64,000 bases of DNA, taken from assembly GCA_965207065.1 (NCBI GenBank), contig OZ242260.1:2368001-2432000 (forward strand). Reading direction: 5' to 3'. The notes beneath the pieces were generated by a model. It saw only the letters and a program-made list of their open reading frames with translations, was not told where the DNA came from and searched no databases. A program made the position numbers and the translations under genes. Of the stretch, positions 28,675 to 38,031 are shown one piece after another. The stretch's first letter is position 1, and each line of letters begins with the position of its first letter. Source of the DNA: a bacterium. GTDB lineage: Bacteria > UBA8248.

Positions 28675-30921
28675 ATGGCTCAGATGACGCACGTCGGCAC
28701 GTCGCCGACGAAAGAAGACGCTCTGGCGAAAGCGGTCGGTGATACCGTTTACGGCGATGATTTCCACCTGCCGGGCGAGATATACGGGAAAGCCGTCCGC
28801 GCCACGATGACGCCGGCGAAGATCAAGGAAATTGACGCGAGCGAGGCGCTCGCGCTGCCGGGCGTGCACTGCGTCCTGACGGCGAAGGACATTCCCGGCC
28901 AGAACGCGGGCCGCTATCCCGATTTCCCGGTACTGGCCGAAGACGTCGTTCTGGACATCGGCGATGCGGTCGCGCTCGTGGCCGCCGACACGCGTGATCT
29001 GGCCGAAGAAGCGGCATCGCGCGTGCGGGTCGTCTACGAACCGCTGCCGGGCGCATACGACTTCGCCGGCTTGGAAGAGGGCGAGGTGGTCTGCGACTGG
29101 AAGACGGATAAGGGCGACCTGGAGGCCGGCTTCGCCGAGGCGGACGTGATTGTCGAGAACACTTACTTTTCCGCCTGTCTGGATCACGCCTTCATCGAAC
29201 CCGAAGGCGGCGTCGCCTGGGTGGACGAGCGCGGGGTGGTGAACATCCGCGTGCCCACCCAGATGATCGAGAACTACCAGAACGTGGCGCGGACGCTGGA
29301 TCTTCCGCTCAGCCGCGTGCGCTACGAATGCCCGATGCTGGGCGGAGCGTTCGGCGGCAAAGAGCACCCGCTGCTCGGCGCTTTCATGGCGCTATTGTCG
29401 ATCCGGACGGGACGGCCCGTGCGCATGGCCTACTCGCGCGAGGAGACCATGAACACGGGCAGCAAGAAACATCCCTTCCTCATGAAGTACAAGACGGGCG
29501 CCACGAAGGACGGGAAGCTCACCGCCATAGAGGTGGACATCATCGGCGATGCGGGCGGCTACGCGGCCAACAGCAAGGGCCTGCTCCTGGGCGCTCTCGT
29601 GGTGAGCGGCGGCCCCTATGAGATTCCCAACGCAAAGGGCCGCGCGCGCGCCGTCAGGACGAACAACCCCTTCACCGAGGCGATGCGCGGCGTGGGCGCG
29701 AACCAGGTGTGCTTCGCCTACGAGGCGCAGATGGATGAGCTGGCGGACAGGCTGGGGATGGACCCGCTCGAATTCCGCGAGAAGAACTTCATCGCCAGGG
29801 GCGAGACGCTCATGCAGAACCAGCCCGTTCCCTCGCGCGTGATGCTGCCTGAACTGGCAGAGGAGACCAAGAAGCTCATCGGCCGCTCGGCGGGCCGCGT
29901 CCCAGAGAAAGACCACGGTCCCTGGCGCGTGGGTGTAGGGTACGTCGCGAACATCGGCGGATACGGGAGGCCGAGGAACGAGGGCGAGGTCTATGTGTCC
30001 ATTGATCTCGACGGCAGCGTGAACGTGCGCACGGGCGCATCGGACGTTGGCGCCGGCCAGACGCAGACGAACCGCCAGATCGCCGCCGAAGCTCTCGGCA
30101 TCGCTCTTGAGGACGTGACGGTCACGATGTCGGATTCCCACGTCACCCCGCTCGTGGGCGTTACGGCGGGCTCGCGCCAGACGATGATCTCGGGCGGCTC
30201 GTGCTACCGCGCATCGACGGAGCTTAGGGACAGGATACTGAAAGGCGCTGCGGAACTGCTCGAAGCGAACCCTGAGGATCTGGATATCCGCGAGGGGCGC
30301 GTTTACGTCAAGGCCGCAGAAAAGCGCGGTGTCGCCTTCGCCGAGGCCGCCGCCCAGTGCAAGAAGATGGGCGTCGACCTACACACGGTGGGCAAGACGA
30401 AAATCGGCGTCCACGAGTTTGAGGGCCACGAGCAGTACGGCGACGCGGGCGGCTGGATGGACTACGTGTTCGGCATCCACGCGGCCGAAGTCGAGGTGAA
30501 CGTCGATACGGGCGAGCTCCGCGTGCTCAACTACTGGTCGGGCCACGACGTCGGCCAGTCCATCAACGTGCAGCACGTGGAAGGCCAGTTCGAGGGCGGC
30601 ACCATGATGGGCGTCGGCCACGCCCTGGCCGAGGAAGTCTTGACGCAAAAGGGCGCGCTCCTGAACAACGAGTTCCACGGCTACCTCATCCCCACCTCGG
30701 TGGACACGCCCGAGTGGGACAACGTGATCATGGAGTCCGGCGAGGGTCTCGGTCCCTTCGGGGCGAAGGGCATCGGCGAGCCTCCCTGCACGGCGGGGGC
30801 CGCAGCTGTGGCCTGCGCGGCGGGCCAGGCGATAGGCGCGCGCCTCACGCGCATCCCCATCACGCCGGATCACGTCATGGAGGTGCTCGGCCGCCTGAAG
30901 ACGAACGGAAGCCAAAGCTAG
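28675..30921 (+). CDS. Xanthine dehydrogenase-family molybdopterin-binding subunit
   Basis: HAFIEPEG, GGAFGGK, AMRGVG, DVGAGQ, GSRQT, GPFGAKGIGE. Confidence 0.92.
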   Translation: MAQMTHVGTSPTKEDALAKAVGDTVYGDDFHLPGEIYGKAVRATMTPAKIKEIDASEALALPGVHCVLTAKDIPGQNAGRYPDFPVLAEDVVLDIGDAVALVAADTRDLAEEAASRVRVVYEPLPGAYDFAGLEEGEVVCDWKTDKGDLEAGFAEADVIVENTYFSACLDHAFIEPEGGVAWVDERGVVNIRVPTQMIENYQNVARTLDLPLSRVRYECPMLGGAFGGKEHPLLGAFMALLSIRTGRPVRMAYSREETMNTGSKKHPFLMKYKTGATKDGKLTAIEVDIIGDAGGYAANSKGLLLGALVVSGGPYEIPNAKGRARAVRTNNPFTEAMRGVGANQVCFAYEAQMDELADRLGMDPLEFREKNFIARGETLMQNQPVPSRVMLPELAEETKKLIGRSAGRVPEKDHGPWRVGVGYVANIGGYGRPRNEGEVYVSIDLDGSVNVRTGASDVGAGQTQTNRQIAAEALGIALEDVTVTMSDSHVTPLVGVTAGSRQTMISGGSCYRASTELRDRILKGAAELLEANPEDLDIREGRVYVKAAEKRGVAFAEAAAQCKKMGVDLHTVGKTKIGVHEFEGHEQYGDAGGWMDYVFGIHAAEVEVNVDTGELRVLNYWSGHDVGQSINVQHVEGQFEGGTMMGVGHALAEEVLTQKGALLNNEFHGYLIPTSVDTPEWDNVIMESGEGLGPFGAKGIGEPPCTAGAAAVACAAGQAIGARLTRIPITPDHVMEVLGRLKTNGSQS

Positions 30922-30954
30922 ACGAACGTACCGGGCACGAGATTTTCGCATTGG

Positions 30955-30986
30955 AAACGCCCCGCATTCGCTGCGGGGCGTTTTTT
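30955..30986 (+). terminator. Intrinsic terminator
   Basis: AAACGCCCCGCA-TTCGC-TGCGGGGCGTTTTTT. Confidence 0.8.
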
Positions 30987-31041
30987 CGTCTTTAGATGAA
31001 AAAGAAAACCACTTCGCCTCGATGAATATTTCGATTCTGTG

Positions 31042-31239
31042 GTAGGGGCAGGCCCCGCGCCTGTCCGAGGCCCCGTGCCTGCTCCTACGGTTATAAAATC
31101 CCCATAGGCCTGAATTGCAGATTGCCGTCATTCCTAGATAGTGATTTGGCTTCAGGGATGCGAGGGAGTGTAGGGGTCGCATAAATGCGACCCTGCTTTT
31201 TTGCCGTCCAGCAATGGGCCGCATGTATGCGGCCCCTAC
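31042..31239. repeat. Cluster of GTAG REPs (31042-31088 and REPIN-like doublet 31170-31239)
   Basis: GTAGGGGTCGCATAAATGCGACCC...GGGCCGCATGTATGCGGCCCCTAC, same family as 24160-24277. Confidence 0.8.
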
Positions 31240-31466
31240 AATTGGTTTTCCAGACGAAGAGGGAGTGGTTTCGCTTATGCCCACTCCTCCTCCGCAGCCC
31301 CGAAAATTCCATGAGTGGAACCTTACCCCGTCGTAACACTAGATAGGATGAAATCAAGAAATGCGCGGAGCGGCTGTCGGATAAGAATGTACGGCAATAC
31401 CGCTTTTCGATCCCTACGCAGGAGATTGGCGCCGCCTTGGTTGTGCGATCAGGGAGGAGCAAAACC

Positions 31467-32630
31467 ATGCACACCAAACTGTCGAACGAAGGCCCGGCTT
31501 GCAGAGCGTGGGCCGTATCCAGACCGTTCCGGGCGTATGGCTTGGCCGTTTTCCTTGCCTGCGCGGTTGTAATCGGGCTGTTGCCGCAGGCGGCCATTGC
31601 CAAAGCGGAGAATGGCTACCGCCTTAGCGGTCCCTACACGCAGAACAATCTCGCCGTCTATCTGATTCACCGCGAGCGCCGAAGCGTCGGCCCCGCGCCG
31701 CTCACCTTGGGCGAGGCGATGAGGCAGGGCCTCGTCAAAGTCGTCGAAACGGGCAGCGTCAGCCGGCTCATGGTCCGCAATCTGGGCGACCGCGAGGTCT
31801 TCATCCAATCGGGGGACATCGTCAAGGGCGGTAAACAGGACCGCGTTCTGCTCACCAGCATGATTATCCCCCCGAACTCGGGCGACATCCCCATCGGCGC
31901 CTTTTGCGTCGAGGCGGGACGATGGGCCAGGCGCGGCCTGGAGAATATGAGCGCGTTTTCGATGTCCGCGTACCGCATGCCCTCGCGGGCGGGGAAGATC
32001 GCGATGATGAAAAGGATGGAGCGAGAAAGCGCTCCCGATGCTGATCGAACCCGAAGGTCGAGGGAGAGATGGCCCGGACCGAGAATTTCGCAACGGTCGC
32101 GACGGCGCATGGGCTCAAACTATCAGGATGATGTATGGCGCTCTATCGGGGCGATGCAGAATAGGTTGGGCCGGGCCATGGGGGCGCGCGTTGCAGACGA
32201 GCGCTCGCGCACGAGCCTCCAGTTATTATTGGAGAACAAGCGCCTCGCCTCCGCCCTGGCCGACTATGAAAAAGACTTGGGACGCCTGCTGGATGAGCAC
32301 CCCGACGCCGTGGGCTATATCTTCGCCGTAAACGGCAAGATCAACAGCGGCGACGAGTTCGGAAGCGCCGGCTTGTTCCGGAAACTGTGGTCGCGGCAAC
32401 TGAAGGCGGCGGCAACGGAGGCTGTCGCCGAAAAAGATGCGCCGAAGCGCAGGCAGCCGACGCTCGTCGATGTCGCCGCGTTCATCAACTCCACGCGCGC
32501 AGAAAAGCCCGCCTTGAGAGCGATTCCGGGCGGCAATAATCTCGAGACGCGCAAGGCGAGCAAGTCGTATTACATGGAAATCCGGCGCGGGAACAACCGC
32601 TGGGTGCACCGGACATACGTCGCCCACTAG
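31467..32630 (+). CDS. Exported protein with ARPP-1 (DUF6569)-like domain
   Basis: Signal peptide; NLAVYLI, LTLGEA, SGDIVKGGKQDRV, FCVEAGRW, Q..VW motifs; SD GGAGG. Confidence 0.65.
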   Translation: MHTKLSNEGPACRAWAVSRPFRAYGLAVFLACAVVIGLLPQAAIAKAENGYRLSGPYTQNNLAVYLIHRERRSVGPAPLTLGEAMRQGLVKVVETGSVSRLMVRNLGDREVFIQSGDIVKGGKQDRVLLTSMIIPPNSGDIPIGAFCVEAGRWARRGLENMSAFSMSAYRMPSRAGKIAMMKRMERESAPDADRTRRSRERWPGPRISQRSRRRMGSNYQDDVWRSIGAMQNRLGRAMGARVADERSRTSLQLLLENKRLASALADYEKDLGRLLDEHPDAVGYIFAVNGKINSGDEFGSAGLFRKLWSRQLKAAATEAVAEKDAPKRRQPTLVDVAAFINSTRAEKPALRAIPGGNNLETRKASKSYYMEIRRGNNRWVHRTYVAH

Positions 32631-32683
32631 CCCGGAGACGGCCTTATCGGGCAGGAGACGCTCCGCCCGCCTTCTTTTGCATG

Positions 32684-32713
32684 AACGCCCCGCACCCTTG
32701 CGGGGCGTTTTTT
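32684..32713 (+). terminator. Intrinsic terminator
   Basis: AACGCCCCGCA-CCCT-TGCGGGGCGTTTTTT. Confidence 0.8.
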
Positions 32714-32801
32714 CTTTTCAAGACGTAAGGCCTGCTGTATTACATATTCATATCAATGTAGGATGCAGGCCTAGCCCGCCCCATTCGTAGAGACGTGCGC
32801 C

Positions 32802-34631
32802 ATGCTCTCGACTCTGGACTGGTCGCTCATCCTCGCCTACATCGCCTTCGCGCTGGTGGTCGGCGCGCTCACCTCGCGCTCGGCGTCTAAGAGTCTGGCT
32901 TCTTACTTCGTGGCCGGGCGCAGCCTGCCCTGGTGGTGGATAGGCATCTCCATGGTGGCGACCACCTTCGCCTCGGACACCCCCCTCGTCGTGGCCGGCA
33001 TCGTCGCCAAGCGCGGCATCTCGGGAAACTGGTTCTGGTGGGCGTGGGTCATCGGCAACGTGGGCGTCGCGGTATTCTTCGCTCCCCTGTGGCGGCGCGC
33101 GGGCGTGGTGACCGACGCCGAACTCATCGAGCTGCGCTACGGGAGCGGCCCCGGCGCGTTCCTGCGCGGCTTCAAGGCCATCTATTCCTCCCTCATCGTG
33201 AACCTCATCGTCATGGGCTGGGTGTTCCGCGCCATGGCGAAGATAGCCGCACCCTTCCTGCGGTGGGAGGAGATACTGCCCCCGAACTGGTGGGCGGTTA
33301 TCGAGGCGAACTGGCCCGCCGTACTCACGATGGGAAGCGTGAACGAGAGCGTAACGGTCGCCCTGCTCGTCTTGATGATTGCGCTCTATGCGAGCGCGGG
33401 CGGCATCCGGGGCGTCATGCTCACCGACCTGTTCCAGTTCGTCATCGCGATGACGGGCAGTTGCCTGTTCGCCTGGTACGCTGTCGAGGCCGTGGGCGGG
33501 CTTTCGGGCCTGAGCGCGAAGCTGGGCGAGATTTACGGCGCGGAGGGCGCGGGCAATATCCTCTCCTTCTTGCCGCCCGAGAGCGCGGGATGGGCGGGGG
33601 CGCAGGTGATATTGATATACCTCTTCGTGGTCTGGTGGGCGCACAACAACGCCGACGGCGGCGGCTACATCGGTCAGAGGCTCTGCTCGGCGCGCTCGCC
33701 GAGGGACGCCCAGGCGGGCGCTTTCCTCTTCACGGTCGGGAACTACGTCCTGAGGCCCTGGCCGTGGATTCTCATCGGCCTGGTGAGCCTGATCCTCGTG
33801 CCCAAGGGGATGGACGCCCTGCCCGGCACGATGGAGGCGAAGATTCTCGCCGACCGCGAGGCGGCCTATCCCCTCCTGATGGAGAAGCTATTGCCTGCGG
33901 GGATTCTTGGTCTCGTGTTGGTGGGCCTTCTGGGCGCGTTCATGAGCACGGTGGACACCCACCTGAACTGGGGGGTGAGCTACCTGGTGAACGACGTTTA
34001 TGCGCGCTTCATCAGAAAAGGAGCGGGCGCGCGGGAGGTCGTCTTCGTGAGCCGCCTGGGCGTGCTGATCATGGCGCTCGGCGCGTTCGCCGTGGCGGGA
34101 CAGATAAGCAGCCTCGAGGTGGCGTGGAAGTTCCACATCTCGCTCGGAGCCGGGCTGGGGCTTCCGGTGATACTGCGCTGGTTGTGGTGGCGGGCGAACG
34201 CATGGACGGAAATCTCAGGGATGCTGGCCGCGGGCGCGACCGCCCTCTATCTCCACTGGGAGGGTGAGCCGCCCGCGTTTCCCATTCTGCTGGCCGCGGA
34301 GGTAGGGGTTGGTTTTCTGGCGATGCTGATTGCCACTCTCATCACGAGGCCCGCAAAAGCAGAGGTTCTGAGAGATTTCTGGACGAAGGTCCATCCGCCG
34401 GGCGTATGGGGACGGGTGCGCGGGGAGGACAGGCGCGCAGCCCCCGTATTGGCCCTCGCGGGCCTTTGGCTGGCATTGAGCGTCTTCGTATTCGCCTTGA
34501 TGTTCCTGGTCGGGGCGCTGCTCGTCGGCACCTGGGGGCAGGCGGTCGGGCTCGCGCTCCTGGCGGGATTCTCCCTATGCACGGCGTGGGGGATCGATAG
34601 AAGATATCGCTACGGAATCCTGTTCGTGTAG
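32802..34631 (+). CDS. Sodium:solute symporter (SSS) family protein
   Basis: YFVAGRSLPWW, SMVATTFASD, FMSTVDTHLN; many TM segments. Confidence 0.92.
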   Translation: MLSTLDWSLILAYIAFALVVGALTSRSASKSLASYFVAGRSLPWWWIGISMVATTFASDTPLVVAGIVAKRGISGNWFWWAWVIGNVGVAVFFAPLWRRAGVVTDAELIELRYGSGPGAFLRGFKAIYSSLIVNLIVMGWVFRAMAKIAAPFLRWEEILPPNWWAVIEANWPAVLTMGSVNESVTVALLVLMIALYASAGGIRGVMLTDLFQFVIAMTGSCLFAWYAVEAVGGLSGLSAKLGEIYGAEGAGNILSFLPPESAGWAGAQVILIYLFVVWWAHNNADGGGYIGQRLCSARSPRDAQAGAFLFTVGNYVLRPWPWILIGLVSLILVPKGMDALPGTMEAKILADREAAYPLLMEKLLPAGILGLVLVGLLGAFMSTVDTHLNWGVSYLVNDVYARFIRKGAGAREVVFVSRLGVLIMALGAFAVAGQISSLEVAWKFHISLGAGLGLPVILRWLWWRANAWTEISGMLAAGATALYLHWEGEPPAFPILLAAEVGVGFLAMLIATLITRPAKAEVLRDFWTKVHPPGVWGRVRGEDRRAAPVLALAGLWLALSVFVFALMFLVGALLVGTWGQAVGLALLAGFSLCTAWGIDRRYRYGILFV

Positions 34632-34718
34632 GGTGAATTCCGAGTGAGGAGCGAGGAATTCTTCCGCCCGAAGCGGGAGGGACCGCCACCTGCAGGAAAA
34701 TGAAAGCGCAACACGAAA

Positions 34719-34746
34719 GTAGGGACAGGTCGCGACCTGTCCCTAC
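34719..34746. repeat. Perfect 28-bp GTAG palindrome (REP)
   Basis: GTAGGGACAGGTCGCGACCTGTCCCTAC equals its reverse complement. Confidence 0.85.
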
Positions 34747-34814
34747 AGATTCGGGAAGAAATTGCTGCCGGTATCACGAACAAAGATCACACTCGATCGG
34801 CAGCCGCCTCCTGT

Positions 34815-35291
34815 CTACTCGTCCACTTCCTCGAATTCCGCCGTGTATTCGACTTCGATGCCGCGCTGCACGCTCTGGCTCGCCGGGCAGCCTTTCTCAT
34901 GCACGGCGAGGGCGCGCTCGGCGTCTTCGCGCTTTCCCTTGGGGATTCGGCACTTGTATTTGACCTTGATTTTCGTGACCAGGGCCATGCCGTCCACGTT
35001 CTCGATGATGCCTTCGACTTCAGCCACCAGGTTGTCGGGGCTGCTCTTTATCCCGCGCGCATCCAGCGCGCCTCCCATATTGCCCGTCAGTCAGCCGGCG
35101 ACGGCGGCCGCGAGGTGATCCAGCGTGGCCGGACGCTCCTCCTCGGGTTCCGCCTTGTAGAAGTTCTTGATGCCCCCGTGGATGCCGTAGGGGATCGGCT
35201 CGTCGGGGAAGGCGTCGAGATAGCCCGTCTTCATGCCCCTGCCGGGCTCCTTGACGATGCGGGCCTTGGTGACGTGAATGACTTCACCCAT
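34815..35291 (-). CDS. OsmC-like protein, probable selenoprotein (in-frame UGA at 35091-35093)
   Basis: ORFs 35091-35291 and 34815-35078 share one frame: LDHLAAAVAG[UGA]LTGNMGGALDARGI...HEKGCPASQSV; 158 aa by read-through. Confidence 0.8.
35055..35071 (-). promoter_or_regulatory. Candidate bacterial SECIS hairpin
   Basis: GCGCGC-UGGAU-GCGCGC with a G-containing loop starting about 26 nt after the UGA. Confidence 0.5.
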
Positions 35292-35389
35292 CTTGCGCTC
35301 CTTTTCGTGATGAGGTTTCGAAAAAATTCCTTGAATGATTCGACACCCGAGAGTAGCACCCTGCCGGGGCGAGGGGAACTCTCCGGGTC

Positions 35390-36298
35390 CTACATGATAA
35401 CGACGATGGTGCCTGCAACGGTCAAAAGCGCGCCCAGGACGAGCCGGGGCGTGATGTTCTCCATCTCGCGCAGGAATAGCCAGCCGAGCGCCAACACGAT
35501 GAGCGGCTGGGCGGAGATGATGGCCGTTACGCGTACGGCCAGCGTGTGGACGAACGCGAAGTTATAGAGCGGCACGGCGATCGCCTGGCACGCGGCTGCG
35601 GCGAAAATCCACCTCCACGCCGAAGCGGGGATGGGGCCGCGCGATTCCTCGCCCCTGCTCAGCGCCATCAGCATCGAGGCCGTGGCGGCTCCCACCCATA
35701 GTGCGATCGCTGCGGTGGCGAGCGGGTGGAGGTTCAGGGACGCTTTCTTGAAGAAGACGGCGGCCACGCCCCAGAGCAGCGAGGTGACGCCGGCGGAGAT
35801 CCAGCCGAACAGTTTCCATCTCGCGTTCTGGGCTTCGGTTTCCGGCTCCTGGGATGGTTCGGCCTGAACGATGAGCGTGATGCCGACAAGAAGAATCGCG
35901 AGGCCGGTGAATATGGAAATCGTCGGCGTCTCTCCCAGCATGAACGACGCCCCGACCGCCGTGACGACGGGATAGGTAAGCGCGATGGGTATGGAGCGGT
36001 TGGGCCCGATGCGGTGAATGGCGCGGTAGTAGAACGAACGCGATATGCCGATGTGGAAAAAGCCCGCCAGGAAGGCGAACGTCAGTGTGGTCGCTGTGAC
36101 GCCCCGAAAATCCTCCGCGGAGATGAAGAATACGGCGATGAGCGTCACGAGGGCCGCGTTCACGCTCGTCATGGCGGCGGTGACCTTGAGGACGGGTGCG
36201 TTCATGAGCGCGCGCTTGATGAAATAGACGAACACCGCCCAGGAAGTCGAGGCGATCGAGGCGAGCAATACGCCGTAGGCGTTCGATTCGAGGTTCAT
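35390..36298 (-). CDS. DMT/EamA-family transporter
   Basis: About 10 TM in two repeats; FYYRAIHRIGP, LFLRE. Confidence 0.85.
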   Translation of the reverse strand: MNLESNAYGVLLASIASTSWAVFVYFIKRALMNAPVLKVTAAMTSVNAALVTLIAVFFISAEDFRGVTATTLTFAFLAGFFHIGISRSFYYRAIHRIGPNRSIPIALTYPVVTAVGASFMLGETPTISIFTGLAILLVGITLIVQAEPSQEPETEAQNARWKLFGWISAGVTSLLWGVAAVFFKKASLNLHPLATAAIALWVGAATASMLMALSRGEESRGPIPASAWRWIFAAAACQAIAVPLYNFAFVHTLAVRVTAIISAQPLIVLALGWLFLREMENITPRLVLGALLTVAGTIVVIM

Positions 36299-36361
36299 TT
36301 CAGCAGAAGCGCGCAGGCGGATGCGCCGCGCGGCTGGGCCTTCGGGATGTGGCCAACGACG

Positions 36362-36985
36362 TTATTTGTCGGAATTGATGCAGAGCACCGCGCGCCAGTA
36401 GTCGAATATGTTCACGCGCTCCTGGCGTTCGAGTGTCAGGTTGTTCGCCTCGAGCAGGGGCTCCAGGTCCAGAGTAGTCTCCCAGCCGAATTTCTTGCAG
36501 ACCCCGTTGATGAGTTCTTCGAATTTGGCCAGCAGGAATTTCTTGCTCTTGAAATGGTTGATGAAGACGACGCGCCCGCCCGGCTTGCACACGCGGCAGA
36601 TTTCCGAGACGACCTTGTGTGGATCGGGGGCGGCGCTCACCACGTAGCAGGCGGTGACGCAGTCAAAGGTGTTGTCCTCATACGCCATGTTCTGCGCGTC
36701 CATCACGGCGAGTTCGACGTTTTTGAGGCTCATCTTGTGGACTTTCTCTTTCGCTTTCTCGAGCATTTTCGAAGAGATGTCGATGGCGATGATCTCCGAA
36801 GTCGACGGGTAAAGGGGCAGGGAGAGCCCGGTGCCCACGCCCACTTCGAGCAGCTTCTCGCCCGGCTGGAGGTCGAGCATGTCCACACCGACGTTTCGGC
36901 CTTCATGGAACACGTCCTTGAAGACGAGGTCGTAGAATTTGCCCCAGCGATCATATATCTTGATGACAGAGTCGGGTGATTCCAC
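36362..36985 (-). CDS. Class I SAM methyltransferase (PmtA-like phospholipid N-methyltransferase)
   Basis: YDLVFK.VFHEGR, LEVGVGTG, YVVSAAPDP, RVCKPGG..VFINHF; GTG start with SD. Confidence 0.8.
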   Translation of the reverse strand: MESPDSVIKIYDRWGKFYDLVFKDVFHEGRNVGVDMLDLQPGEKLLEVGVGTGLSLPLYPSTSEIIAIDISSKMLEKAKEKVHKMSLKNVELAVMDAQNMAYEDNTFDCVTACYVVSAAPDPHKVVSEICRVCKPGGRVVFINHFKSKKFLLAKFEELINGVCKKFGWETTLDLEPLLEANNLTLERQERVNIFDYWRAVLCINSDK

Positions 36986-37188
36986 TAGGCATCCCTCAAT
37001 CAAGTTTCCGCGCACGCAACTGCACGTAATCCGGTGGGCGAAAGCCGCACAATGCGTCAAAACGTCCGGCAAAATTCCCGGATGAAGCGATTCCCTTTCT
37101 TCCAACTTCGGAAGATATGCCATATTGTAAGAAAAAATGGAAATTTTTTCCAGATCAATCGGCAATGATGTTAACGGGAGAACAGGAC

Positions 37189-37974
37189 ATGGTGTGGAAA
37201 ACCATCGGTTTCGAGGAAGAAAACGGCTTGGCCCTGGTGCGGCTCAATCGTCCCGAAGCGCTGAACGCGCTCGACCTGCAGATGGCGCAGGACCTGTACG
37301 AGGTGTGCGAGCGATGCTGCGAACCCGATATCCGCGCGATGGTTCTGAGCGGGGCGGGACGCGCCTTCTGCGCGGGCGGGGATCTCAAGGAAATCGAGGG
37401 GCGTATCCGGGCGGGCGAGAGGATGGAGGAGTTCCTCTGGCCGGATTATCAGAAATCGCTCGCAAAACTCTACGAAGTTCGCTGTCCGACGATAGCGGCT
37501 GTCCATGGTTTCGCCGTAGGCGCAGGATGTGATATCGCTTTGGCCTGCGATATCCGTCTGGCGGGCGCAGGCGCTTCGTTCGGTCAGGTGTACTCCAGGG
37601 TCGGACTCGTCCCCGATTGCGGGGGCACGTTTTTCCTGCCCCGCGTCGTGGGAAGCGCGAAAGCCCTGGAGTTGATTTTGACGGGTGACGTCATCGACGC
37701 GGAGGCGGCGCTCTCAATCGGCCTCGTCCGCTCGGTTCATAATGACGACGCGCTCATGGAAGAGGCAATAGCTCTTGGGCGAAGGCTCGCAGAAGGCCCC
37801 TCGGTTGCGCTGCGCGCGGCGAAAAAGCTGATTCGCTCCTCAGGCGGCCTGGACGTAGCGACGGCGCTTCGCGCGGAGGCGGGCGCGCAGGCCGAGACGG
37901 TCGCCAGCCTCGATTTTCAGGAAGGAATCGCCGCTTTTCTGGAGAAAAGAAAACCCGGGTTCCAGGGTAAGTGA
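37189..37974 (+). CDS. Enoyl-CoA hydratase/isomerase (PaaG-like)
   Basis: LNRPEALNAL, FCAGGDL, GLVPDCGGTFFLPRVVG. Confidence 0.9.
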   Translation: MVWKTIGFEEENGLALVRLNRPEALNALDLQMAQDLYEVCERCCEPDIRAMVLSGAGRAFCAGGDLKEIEGRIRAGERMEEFLWPDYQKSLAKLYEVRCPTIAAVHGFAVGAGCDIALACDIRLAGAGASFGQVYSRVGLVPDCGGTFFLPRVVGSAKALELILTGDVIDAEAALSIGLVRSVHNDDALMEEAIALGRRLAEGPSVALRAAKKLIRSSGGLDVATALRAEAGAQAETVASLDFQEGIAAFLEKRKPGFQGK

Positions 37975-38031
37975 CCGTCCCCGGCGATTCGGACCGGCGC
38001 CTCATCGTCATATAAAGGAAGCTTCTCGGGT

